The translations under genes were made by a program, and so were the position numbers. The notes beneath the pieces are model-generated. The model was not told the DNA's origin and made no database searches. It saw nothing but the letters and a program-made list of their open reading frames with translations. From sequence record OZ361284.1: DNA of 32,000 nt. One strand, given 5' to 3'. This document shows, one piece after another, positions 12,541 to 24,129 of this stretch. Numbering within the stretch: position 1 is the first letter of the stretch; each line of letters begins with the position of its first letter.

Positions 12541-14912
12541 GTGCGACAAGTTAAGTCATGATAAGTAATGCGTATTGACGCTGCCCGATCCTATCCGGGT
12601 AAGCCTACAATCACATGCGTTCTAAGTAATCGGGAGGTATGAAGCTGGTTGGACAATGTAATTCGGTTCGTAAATCGCCTTTGCGCTCCGGATGCTAGGC
12701 TAGGTTTATATGATCAACGAAAGTGAATTGGGTGTTATAAGGCCTCGTGAAGACAGTGCCGTGGGAATTTGGCGCTACATACCACGGTTTGAATAGTCGA
12801 TTGTCAGTCCTTTTTATACTGACAAGGTATAGGAACATTGTACTATTCGGGGTAGAGCTCAAGATCTAAGTAAATCCTTAAATAATGTATAACTGATACA
12901 TTAGTACTTATCACGAAACTTGGTAAGCCCAATGGGTTCTGTTTTCAGGAAAACCTTCGAGGGGATGTAACAGAGGGCTTGAGGTAACTTAAGTTATCGC
13001 CCAGTGGGTAAAAGAAGGCGTAGGAAGCTAATGCCGCCTTGTAATGAGGTGGATAGACCTATGGTTAAGCTGAAAGGCTGCTGACTTACGCTAGGCTAGT
13101 TTAACTCAATTAATTTCTATTGTACTCTTCTTTAAGAATTTACCAAGATAATAAAACTGTGATCTTTATGAAAACAAATAATAAAACTGCTAAATGCTAT
13201 AAAGATATAGACTGGAAACAGTGCGTTGACGATTTAAGTCAGTTACAATACGAAATCTTGAGAGCTTATAGAGCGAATGATATGAATCGTGTACAAATGA
13301 TTCAGGCGCAGCTAACTCGCAGTTTTTCTGCGCGAGCTCTAGCCGTGCGGAAAGTAGCTAGTAACAGTGGAAGGAACACGCCCGGTGTGGACGGAATAAT
13401 TTGGAATCAACCTGAACAGAAATTCTCTGCGATAAACGATCTGAAGGACCTCTCGAAATACAAAGCGACTCCTGTAAAAAGGAGATACATTCCCAAAGCT
13501 GACGGAAAACGAAGGCCGTTGGTATACCCACTATAATGGACAGGGCGGTACAAACTTTGTACATGTTCACTATAGATCCGATTGCCGAAGAGACCTCATG
13601 CCTACGTAGTTATGAATATAGGTTACACAGGGGTGTGCACGGCAATGCCATTTATTTAAATCTCGTTCTGGGAAATTACACGGCAACGCGTAGATACATT
13701 CTCGAAGCCGACATTAAGGGATTCTTCCCATCTGTTTCGCATAAGTGGTTGTTGGAAAATATACCAATGGATAAAACTATTCTAAAAGAATTTCTAAAGG
13801 CAGGTTTTATGGAGGACGCGTTCTTTCATGAAATTTCGGAAGGATTCCCGCAGGGTAGTCCAATTTCCCCGCCCTTGGCAAACATGACTTTGAATGGATT
13901 AGAGGATGTGTTGACTCGAAATGGATTCTTGTACACTAGGTACGCTGATGATTTTGTTGTATTAGGTAAAACGAAAGAAGAGTTGAATTCGATAGCAAAA
14001 CCGCTCATACAGAGTTTCCTATCTGAACGAGGCTTAGTATTTCATCCAGAAAAACTGGAATATGTGGTATCCAAGAAGGGTTTGACTTTCTAGGCTTTCA
14101 CTTCCGAGAATATGTTGATGAGGGACGAGCCAAAGGGACTAAAAGGGCATATTCCTAGTTACCCCCTTCCCTCGCTAAAGTTAAAAGCTTTTGTCGGAAG
14201 CTCAAAACTTTGATTAAGAAGCATAATGAAAAGTCCTTTTATTTATTAGTCAGGAAGCTTAACTCTATGTTGAGGGGATGGGCTGAACACTACCGGAAGG
14301 TGACCTCGAAAAAAGCGTTTCGGACAATTCATGCCTGCGTTTGGCAAGCCCTATGGAAGAAGCTTCGGCGGAAGCATCGAAGGCGGAGCAAAGGGTGGTT
14401 GTTCAAGCGGTACTTCAGGAAGCACAAAGGGAACAAGTGGATCTTTGTTGCGGATAGTGGATGCAATACTGAAATTTCTCTTTTTCAAATACCGTATGTC
14501 CCTATTCGTTATCACAGATTAAATTCAAGTCTTAATGCATACGATCTGGAGGTAAACGAGGTCTTTGTTAAAAGCAATAAGGCCCGTTCTAACTCAGTAC
14601 TGATGAAAAATAATGTTGTTTCATATTTTACCAAAAAGCAAAAAGGAGTATGTCCTGTATGTAATCAATCTCTTTTTATGGATTAAGAGCTTAAAGTGGT
14701 AGCCAAGAAAGCTGATACCTTCGGGTCCAGGGGACGAAAGCGTACTGTGGATGGCACACTGATTCATTACAATTGTGCGCACGCTTATACGGAAGAATCT
14801 TCAAAAGCGATATAATAAATATTGTTATATTAGACGGCCAGAGCCGTGTGCGGGGAAACTCGCTTGCTCGGTTCATATGGGGGGAAAGCCCGTGAGGGCC
14901 TACCTATCCAAC
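12541..14912 (+). mobile_element. rrnL group II intron 1 (domain IV region of 23S, roughly E. coli 1783-1787)
   Basis: Starts GTGCGAC directly after exon AACTGTTTAATAAAAA. Domain V is GAGCCGTGTGCGGGGAAACTCGCTTGCTCGGTTC at 14841-14874. The exon resumes with (T)CACAGGTCTCTGC. The 3' boundary is uncertain by 1-2 nt. Confidence 0.85.
13168..14826 (+). pseudogene. degenerate RT-maturase ORF of rrnL intron 1 (at least 2 frameshifts plus an in-frame stop)
   Basis: RT motifs are spread over three frames. The first break is ...GKRRPL then GIPTIMDRAVQ, a 1-nt loss in TTGG near 13519-13522. YTRYADDFVV is intact. The second break is HPEK then (T)GICGIQEGFDFLGFHF, a 1-nt loss in the A5 run at 14050-14054. 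An in-frame TAG sits at 14156-14158 and domain X (LRGWAEHYRKV) follows. The En region is broken by a stop after CPVCNQSLFMD. Confidence 0.8.
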
Positions 14913-15340
14913 TCACAGGTCTCTGCAAATTTGTAAAAAGACGTATAGAGACTGACGCCTGCCCGGTGCTGCAAGATTAATGAAAAAAGTTTTGGCTTTG
15001 ATCTTAAACCCCAGTAAACGGCGGCTGTAACTCTGACGGTCCAAAGGTAGCGAAATTCCTTGGCATTTAATTGGTGTCCTGCATGAATGGCGTAATGACT
15101 GTCCTACTGTCTCCAATGCAACCTCAGTGAAATTGAAATCTCCGTGAAGATGCGGAGTACCTGCGGCTAGACGGAAAGACCCTGTGCACCTTTACTACAG
15201 TTATGTATTGTAATAAAAATTATTATGTGTAGAATATGTGGGAAGTTTTCATAAATCTTTACGCAAGTAAATCATTCAAATAACAGTGAAATACCACTTT
15301 TAATACTTTTTGTTACTTATTTTTTAAGACAATGCATAAT

Positions 15341-15386
<46 letters not shown>

Positions 15387-15618
15387 TGCAAAGGTAAGCT
15401 CAAATTGGAGTTATAAAATCAATTGTAGAGCGTAATAGTATATTGCTTGCCTGATTGTGAGATTGACAAATCAAACAGGGACGAAAGTCGGTTATAGTGA
15501 TCCGGTGAATCTGCGTGGAAAAGGCCATCGCTCAACGGATAAAAGGTACGCCAGGGATAACAGGCTAATTATCCTCTAGAGACCCTATCGACGGGATAGT
15601 TTGGCACCTCGATGTTGG

Positions 15619-18109
15619 GTGCGATTCGTTAGTCACGAATATGGGTTAGATTCCATAGTAATGGCTGCTTATAATACATGTGAAGTATTATATGATAACT
15701 TAAGTGTTAGATGGGTAACCACTCCCATGTGCTCAGTTCCTTGAGCACTAATCATAGGTTTCCGGATAATAATCTACTGGATTTCCCCTATCTTAACATT
15801 GTGTGGGATCTGTTAAGTATAAGCGGGGCTAAAAGTCTATTGTAACTGCAACTCTCGCGATTGCAATGGGTGAGAACGGTATGTGTGAGCTTAGAGACCA
15901 TGCGAACCTATGTAATAAAACGACTCCACGAGGGTTTTGGGGGTATGAGAGGAACGCTTCAGGGCAACCCCGGGGCCGAAATATCGGCATTAGATACTAT
16001 ATTGGCCGGAATGTACAACAAGGAAGGCAGGGAATCAATGTATCTCGTCGTATAGTAGGAAGGACACACATAATTAATGACACTTAGGAACGAAGTAACA
16101 GGTAATGCGCTCCAAATATAATTTGGTAGGCCCAACTATAAGCTATTTACCTGAAAGATGCTATAAGAAGCTAATGCTCATCTGGAACTGACCAGACTAG
16201 TGTCTGCAAAGGGCGGGGGGTAACGCCCGAGATACGCTGACGTATAGCGCCAAAGGAGCTTGAAAAAGCTGTGGGGTTACTACAACCCAAAAGTTGTATT
16301 ATGAATAGAGTAATTAAAAAATATAAAAGTTGGAATAAAATTCCTTGGGGTCTTATTCAGGCCGATATATTTAACTTGTAGTATAAAATTTTCAAGCATG
16401 CAAAACGAAATGACATAGGTAAAATATTGTTTTATCAGAAAAAACTAGTAAAATCAGAACACGCTAAATTATTAGCTGTTCGCATGATCACACAAGACAA
16501 CAGAGGCAAGAAAACTGCCGGAGTTGATGAATTATCGGATTTAAATCCAAACCAAAGGTTTCAACTGGTTACCGAAATGATACTGAATGGTAAGGCATAT
16601 TACATCAGGCGGGTATAGATAGCTAAAGCGAACGGGAAACTGAGACCTTTGGGTATCCCCACTATGGAGGACCGAGCTAAACAGTGTCTAGTCAAAATGG
16701 CTCTTGAACCCGAATGGGAAGCGAGATTCAAAATAAACTCATATGGGTTTAGGCCAGGATACAGTACTGCTGATGCAAAATGGGTGGTCGCTAGGCAATT
16801 GCAAGGTGGTCCCAAATATTTTCTAGATGCTGACATAAAAGGTTGCTTTGACAATATAAATCATGACTACCTTTTATCGAAGTTGAATAACTCAAAAATG
16901 TTCAAGCGACAAATTGAAGCTTGGCTAAAAGCTGGTATTATGGCCGATTTTCAAGAAGATAGTTATGATATCAACGAAGCTGGAACGCCTCAAGGAGGGA
17001 TAATATCCCCATTGCTTATGAATATTGCACTTCACGGTTTGGTGAACAATCTTTTGGAACATTTTACCAAACGAAATTCTATTAAAGTCATCCGCATAGC
17101 GTACGACTTTATAGTCTTTGCGAAAAGTTTAGAGGACGTCTTGAAAGCGAAGGAAATTGTATCGCAATTCCTGAAACCGACAGGGCTCTCACTATCTGAA
17201 GAGAAATCTAGGATAGGTCATTCCATGGAAAGGCTACCTGGAACTGAAGGACCTCCAGGTCTGGATTTCCTCGGATTTAATTTCTTAAACATTAAATGTT
17301 CCGTTCATAGAGGTGTTAAATTTATTCAAGGTAAGAAACAATCGTTCAAGCTCATCACTCGCCCTTCTCGGGACTCGGTGGCTAAACACAAATCGAACCT
17401 TCGAGTTACGCTTAAAAAGTATAAATCAGCACCTTTAGGAAAAGTAACTTAAAGGATCTCATCTATAATAAGAGGATGGACCTGGTACCACTCTGTTACC
17501 CAGTGTTATAAAACATTCTCAAAAATGGATGTGTGGTTGTGGACACGATTATGGAAATGGACATCCCGACGCTATAAAGGCCGAAAGAATGCCAAACAGA
17601 AATGTTTCAATATTATGGGCTGGAAATTCGGTTACATCGATCGGAAGACTAACAAACCCGTAGTATTGTCTAGACATGACCCAATGAAAGTGCGTATGCA
17701 CGTCAAAGTCAAACCAGGTGCGTCGATCTACGACTCACCCCTGGCTCTTTACTTTGCAAAAAGAATGCCCCCTTTCACATCCAAGGAGTAGAAACCTTAA
17801 AGGTATATTCATCAAACAAAAATATTCTTGTCCTGTATGCGAGAATAAGTTCAGACCGACTGACCTCATTGAACTACACCATGTTCTAAACGAAAGAGGT
17901 AAAAGAACCGGAGAACTGCAATGGGTTCATGCTCATTGTCACGATCAAATACACAGTTAGCCTATTCTTTCGTAACTGTTTTTAAATTTTGAATTAAAGA
18001 ACAACATATTTTTATTGCATTTTGGCAGGAGCCGTATGAATGGAGACGTTCACGTACGGTTTTGGAGTAGCAGGTCTACGAAATAATAAATCAAAGACTT
18101 GACTATAAT
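15619..18109 (+). mobile_element. rrnL group II intron 2 (peptidyl-transferase centre, between E. coli G2509 and C2510 by my landmark count)
   Basis: Starts GTGCGATTCG directly after CACCTCGATGTTGG. Domain V is GAGCCGTATGAATGGAGACGTTCACGTACGGTTT at 18029-18062. The intron ends ...GACTATAAT and the exon resumes ATTATCGCATCCTGG. Confidence 0.85.
16301..17960 (+). pseudogene. degenerate RT-maturase/HNH ORF of rrnL intron 2 (3 in-frame stops, 1 frameshift, YADD lost)
   Basis: One frame carries a TAG after ADIFNL (16301-frame), a TAG at 16619-16621 inside ..RRV*IAKANGKLRPLGIPTMEDRAKQ, and a TAA at 17450-17452 before RISSIIRGWTWY (domain X). A frameshift lies between 17718 and 17791. The catalytic motif reads IRIAYDFIVF instead of YADD. 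The C-terminal HNH is CPVCENKF...ELHHV...HAHCHDQIH. Confidence 0.8.
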
Positions 18110-18158
18110 ATTATCGCATCCTGGAACTGTAAGCGGTTCCAAGGGTTTGGCTGTTCGC
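18110..18158 (+). rRNA. rrnL: 49-nt rrnL mini-exon (E. coli 2510-2558 equivalent, includes the A-loop GGCTGTTCGC)
   Basis: ATTATCGCATCCTGGAACTGTAAGCGGTTCCAAGGGTTTGGCTGTTCGC aligns to E. coli CUCAUCACAUCCUGGGGCUGAAGUAGGUCCCAAGGGUAUGGCUGUUCGC. It is bounded by an intron 3' end and a GTGCG 5' end. Confidence 0.85.
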
Positions 18159-19160
18159 GTGCGATGTGTTCTTGTTAGAACTTATGCATATTAGTATGTG
18201 TTTGGATAGCAAGAGTCCTATTGTTTCTTAACAAAATAATATGACTAACTGATAATATATGTGGGTTCAAGTCCCACTCCAATGGAAATTTGGTAAAAAC
18301 GATACCCACAGTTTGGAGACTGGTTATCAAAGGATTGAAGCTGGGTGTAATAGGGAGAAGGTTTCTAAGTAAGAAGAGCCGACGAACTCTTAGTAATGAA
18401 TCTATGGTAACGTACAGAAACTTATTTAAAACGTCGTCAACCAAAAAGCAGGGTTGCAATCTTACTTGCAGATTAAATTTAATCTGGACCCCTGCGGCTC
18501 AAATATAAGACTGAAACACTAACGGCTCACATAGAACGAACGTGTGTGAAATTTCCCCGTGTTTCCGGCGTAGAGTAAGTACCTAAGGATTCAAGAATGT
18601 ATTATCGGAACGCAGTAACTGTACTTTCGCTCTCTTTGAGAGGGACCAACCTTATGCTTAAGTACAGAGGGATTGGACAAGAAGCAAATGCCTAATTTTT
18701 TATAACAAATAATGTATAAAAAAATAAGAGTGTAATGCTCAGGATAAGCTGACGTGTTCACGTTAAAATTAATTTTGAATAAAACAAAATACCAAAGTAA
18801 GAAAAGATTTTTCTATTTACGATGGTGACTTTTCATATTGGGCAAATAGGTTGAAAAAAATTCCAGATATTTCTGAATCAAAGTTAAAATTACTAAAAAA
18901 ACAAAAAGGTAAATGTGCTCTTTGTTTTAGTGAATTTAAGTATGGAAATATTATGGAAATTGATCATATTGTACCTATATCAAAAGGAGGTAAAAGAATA
19001 GCTAATAACATCCAGTTAGTTCATAAGCATTGCCACCATAAAAAGACAGGTATTGATAGATCTGTTAGTTGATATTTAAAATTTAAAACGAGGAGCCGTA
19101 TGAAGGGAAACTTTCACGTACGGTTTTGAATCGGGAGTAATTATGAGAGTAATTATTTAC
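18159..19160 (+). mobile_element. rrnL group II intron 3 (about 1.0 kb, RT-less, between E. coli C2558 and C2559 equivalent)
   Basis: Starts GTGCGATGTG after GGCTGTTCGC. Domain V is GAGCCGTATGAAGGGAAACTTTCACGTACGGTTT at 19093-19126. The exon resumes near CGTAACCAAGGAAGGCGGTACATGATCTGAGTTTAGAACG. The 3' boundary is uncertain by about 10 nt. Confidence 0.8.
18851..19072 (+). CDS. free-standing HNH endonuclease-domain ORF (73 aa, TTG start; frame open from 18779), a remnant of an intron RT ORF
   Basis: KGKCALCFSEF...MEIDHIVPISKGGKRIANNIQLVHKHCHHKKT is a complete HNH motif. No RT motifs occur upstream. Only a short domain-X-end-like stretch (YDGDFSYWANRL) precedes it. Confidence 0.6.
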   Translation: MKKIPDISESKLKLLKKQKGKCALCFSEFKYGNIMEIDHIVPISKGGKRIANNIQLVHKHCHHKKTGIDRSVS

Positions 19161-19589
19161 CGTAACCAAGGAAGGCGGTACATGATCTGAGTTTAGAACG
19201 TCGTGAGACAGTTTGGCCCCTATCTACCGCAGGCGTGAAAAAATTGAAAGGATTAAACCTTAGTACGAGAGGACCAGGAAAAGTGAATCTCTGGTGTATC
19301 GGTTGTTGTACCAACGGCATAGCCGAGTAGCTATAATTCATAATAGATAATCGCTGAAAGCATCTAAGCGAGAAACTAACCTTAAGGTTAATTTTTCAAA
19401 AGAACGTAATAGATTATTACGCAATAGGCTCGGTGTGTAAGAATTGTAAAATTTTCAGCTAACGAGTACTAAAATAATTTCTTAATCAGATTAAAAATTT
19501 GACTTTTGTTATTTACTTCAAAAATTATACAATTTATTGTGATTTTAATCTAAAAGATTTTTAAATATGTAAATAATTTAAAAATAATT

Positions 19590-21238
<1,649 letters not shown>

Positions 21239-21312
21239 AATGAAATAGTTCAGTTGGTTAGAACGTTGGAATCATAATCCAAGTGTCGGGGGTTCAAGTC
21301 CCTCTTTCATTA
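21239..21312 (+). tRNA. trnM(CAU): second tRNA with anticodon CAU (Met or lysidine-Ile type)
   Basis: Acceptor AATGAAA/TTTCATT, D arm GTTC-AGTTGGTTA-GAAC, anticodon stem TTGGA/TCCAA with loop ATCATAA, T arm GGGGG-TTCAAGT-CCCTC. Confidence 0.85.
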
Positions 21313-21542
21313 GAAGTTATATTCTATTTTTAGCTTTTTCTTTTTGAAATACTTTTGTATCAATACTATCAAATTTAATTATGTGCACTTCAAATTTTGA
21401 TTGGAATTAATGCTGGAGAGTACATCAGTTTCGGATTGTTTTTGGTGAATAAGTTGACTATAATAGAGCTTTTATAATTTTTTCAATTTCAAGTTTTTTG
21501 TTAGTTCAGAAAAGAAATAATCTTTTATTACTTTCTATAAAA

Positions 21543-21617
21543 TCTCGGGTTCTATTCATGGTGAAAGTTTTTGATTCCAAAAGTCAAAGATAGCAGGTTC
21601 AAACCCTGTCTTGGTAA
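21543..21617 (+). tRNA. tRNA-like element or degenerate tRNA with a non-canonical anticodon arm (CCA or CAA reading ambiguous)
   Basis: The T arm is good (GCAGG-TTCAAAC-CCTGT). A 5-6 bp stem (T)TTGAT/GTCAA(A) encloses TCCAAAA (or TTCCAAAAG). The acceptor is weak: TCTCGGG/CTTGGTA has 3 G-U pairs and 1 mismatch. The D stem has a mismatch. Total length is 75 nt. Confidence 0.3.
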
Positions 21618-21620
21618 AAT

Positions 21621-21932
21621 ATGAAAACATTTAATCAATCAAATAAACATTATATTACTCAAAGTTTAGAAAAAATAAACATTCGTTTCAGTAGCAAACT
21701 GATATTAAACGAACAATTTAAGTATTTGAAAACCAAACACAGTTTTCATTTAGTTGACCTCAGTCTATGGCCACTTGTAGTTTTTACTTTAATTACTTTG
21801 GCGTGGATTACCTTTAGTTTTTTTGCAACGCATTATTTTTTCTTTTTAATGCCTCTTGCAATTCACTTTAATGGTCTTGCTGCGTTGTTCTTTTCATCAA
21901 CCTTAAAAAAACTGAGTTTCAAAGTTTGGTAA
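21621..21932 (+). CDS. ORF (103 aa) with a degenerate cox3-like N-terminal motif; chimeric ORF or pseudogene
   Basis: Residues 40-51 read HSFHLVDLSLWP (21738-21773), against the canonical COX3 N-terminal HP(F/Y)HLVDPSPWP. No downstream COX3 motifs (WWRDV, FQGHHT) are present. Confidence 0.4.
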   Translation: MKTFNQSNKHYITQSLEKINIRFSSKLILNEQFKYLKTKHSFHLVDLSLWPLVVFTLITLAWITFSFFATHYFFFLMPLAIHFNGLAALFFSSTLKKLSFKVW

Positions 21933-22447
21933 CTCTACCTTTTTACGAAAAAAAAATCCTTTTGTTAATCATTTATTTCGACCAATTGATTGACCGATGG
22001 GTAACAAACTATTTTCTTCGAATAGTTATAAAGATTTTTATTGGTTTGTTTGGAGCTCGTTTGGTTATTTTACTTTTTGGAACTTTTTTGATGGAAATGA
22101 GTTTCTTTTTATATGATTCAAAATTTTTCTCTGGTCTAGTCGTAGAGCAAAGGACAAAAGTGACCACACATATGTTGGCGAGTTCGCCTGTAAAAGATGG
22201 TCCGCCAGCTCTAAATAGGTCATACCTAAATTCAGCCTCTTATCTTGGTAATTTTGGCAATTGGGTTTTAGACATTCCAGAAGATGTTCCTAATGATAAC
22301 GTTGGAGATAATTCTTCATCTTTTTCGAGTTCGAGTGATGACGCTTCTTCACATTCGGCTTCTGAAAATTCCACTTGCAAGCGAAGAAGCTTCTGTAACT
22401 TCAATATCGACCCCAGTTGCGAATACACAGGACTGGGGTACGTCTGA
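21926..22447 (+). CDS. hypothetical ORF (173 aa, TTG start): hydrophobic N-terminus and Ser/Asp-rich tail
   Basis: Open frame overlapping the end of orf103 in another frame. No recognisable family. It is followed by further open frames (22284-22589, and a start-less frame from about 22520 to 22760). Confidence 0.3.
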   Translation: MVTLPFYEKKILLLIIYFDQLIDRWVTNYFLRIVIKIFIGLFGARLVILLFGTFLMEMSFFLYDSKFFSGLVVEQRTKVTTHMLASSPVKDGPPALNRSYLNSASYLGNFGNWVLDIPEDVPNDNVGDNSSSFSSSSDDASSHSASENSTCKRRSFCNFNIDPSCEYTGLGYV

Positions 22448-23073
22448 AAGTGCTCCTCAGGAAGTTTTAGACAGGCTGTTAAAACAGCTGGAAGAGCGAG
22501 TTGCAGCAGCAGGAATTGAAGAATCTTCAACTCTTTCGAATGGTGGGTCAGTTGGATCGGTACCATTTCGGGTACCGCAGTTTCTGTAGATTCTATAAAT
22601 TCTATTCAAAACGGGGCTGCATCAGAAAGTGTTCTATCGGAACCTATAGTTACAGGTGAAATATCACAAAGTAACAATGCCAGACTTGCCGAAGAGTCTG
22701 TCGAAGAGCTTTTTAAATGTGTTCTAAAGTGTAAAAGTTGTCATGATAAGTCAGGCAAGTAATTTCAAACACTTTTCTCTAGTCATATTTTGATTTGCTA
22801 TTCAAACAATTTCTTACGAAGTCTCTATTGGATTCATAATAATATTATTGCAAGGGGTTGGAATATGTTGAGGCTCCATTTACGATTACGGATAGCGTTT
22901 TTGACACGTCTTTTTAATGTATGGTCGCTAGATGTGTTTGAACGCTTCATTTTCAATCTTTACTCTTTCTTGGGCAATTAATATCAATGCTAGGAATTTT
23001 TGTTTTGATGTTGATCAAAGTTAATCTGCACTCTTTTAGAATCGATTAATTAACAATGGAGGGGGGATGGTGA

Positions 23074-23100
23074 CATAAATTTTTTCGTTAAAAATTTATG
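23074..23100 (+). promoter_or_regulatory. perfect 11-bp stem / 5-nt loop hairpin 14 nt upstream of nad6
   Basis: CATAAATTTTT-TCGTT-AAAAATTTATG, read directly from the sequence. The function (processing or stability signal) is inferred. Confidence 0.4.
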
Positions 23101-23114
23101 CTTTAAAAAAAGTC

Positions 23115-23717
23115 ATGATAACTAATTTATTATTTTATTTTTTTTCTAATATACTAATAATCAGCGCATTAATGATTATTATAGTCCAAAATTCAATATA
23201 TTCAGTATTATTCCTTGTTTTAAGTTTTGGTTCGTCTGCTAGCATTTTATTTTTGTTTGAATGTGAGTTTGTGTCTTTGATGTTCATAACAATTTACGTT
23301 GGTGCTATCGCAGTATTGTTTCTTTTTGTTGTGATGATGTTAGATATCAAAACTATCTATTTTACAAAGGATTCGCTAAAATACTTCCCGTTCGGAAGTT
23401 TTGTAGGTTTTGTTTTTTTAGTAGAAATTCTACTTGTCATTTCAAAAAACTTTAAGGTAAACCCATATAAAAGCGGTTTTTTGTCCAATTTTTATGTAAA
23501 TTGGTTTGATAAGATTGATTCTTTTATTGATTTGGAAGCTATTGGGCAGATTTTATATACACACTATGTTCTGCAATTTCTAATCGCAGGTATTATTCTA
23601 ATGCTAGCGGTTGTGGGTTCTGTAGTTTTAACTCTAAATACAGCGACTAAAAGTGCAAAACATCAAGTTATTTTTAAACAGCTTTCTCGTAACTATAAAA
23701 ACGTATTGTTATCTTAA
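23115..23717 (+). CDS. nad6: NADH dehydrogenase subunit 6
   Basis: Hydrophobic 200-aa protein containing SLMFITIYVGAIAVLFLFVVMML, the Nad6 core pattern. Confidence 0.88.
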   Translation: MITNLLFYFFSNILIISALMIIIVQNSIYSVLFLVLSFGSSASILFLFECEFVSLMFITIYVGAIAVLFLFVVMMLDIKTIYFTKDSLKYFPFGSFVGFVFLVEILLVISKNFKVNPYKSGFLSNFYVNWFDKIDSFIDLEAIGQILYTHYVLQFLIAGIILMLAVVGSVVLTLNTATKSAKHQVIFKQLSRNYKNVLLS

Positions 23718-24129
23718 TTTCGATGTGATAATCAAATGTTTTTAAAAGAACGGTTTGTTTGAAAATTTTTTTGATTTTCGTTTGGTTCTTTAGTACATTT
23801 TAATGTTATTTTTAGAACTAAATTGTCAATACAAGTAACGTTCTTTTGTGTACAGCACTTTCAGATAGTGCTCTTTTTCACTTTAATCTGGTTAACAAAA
23901 ATTATTTAAGGTTATTTCAACTGTGATTTTATTGTAGATATTTTTGAATTTTACAACGTACACCTGAAATCTTTTCGAATTCAAGCGTAATTAAAGAGTC
24001 CATTTTAAATACTTTAATTTAAGGGAATCAATCGAAATGGACGTTATAAGAATGAATCTATATACTACATGTTCATGTTTTTACTATAAAAAATTTCACA
24101 TAAACAAACATTTCTTTTTAAAAATATAA

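Noticed and set aside
18261-18277. A T-arm-like GTGGGTTCAAGTCCCAC inside rrnL intron 3 suggested an intron-borne tRNA.
   Set aside because: Only a 5-bp partial acceptor pairing and a possible D stem can be drawn, and no anticodon stem forms. It is more likely part of intron secondary structure or a tRNA remnant.
18029-19126. Near-identical domain V in rrnL introns 2 and 3, taken as proof of a recent intron duplication.
   Set aside because: Domain V is the most conserved group II element. Beyond GTGCGAT the 5' regions differ, so relatedness cannot be asserted without a full structural alignment. I kept it only as a caveat in the mini-exon finding.
22790-22981. A 63-aa ORF with a TTG start in the spacer before nad6.
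   Set aside because: It is short, has a non-ATG start and no motif or expression context. It is indistinguishable from a random open frame.
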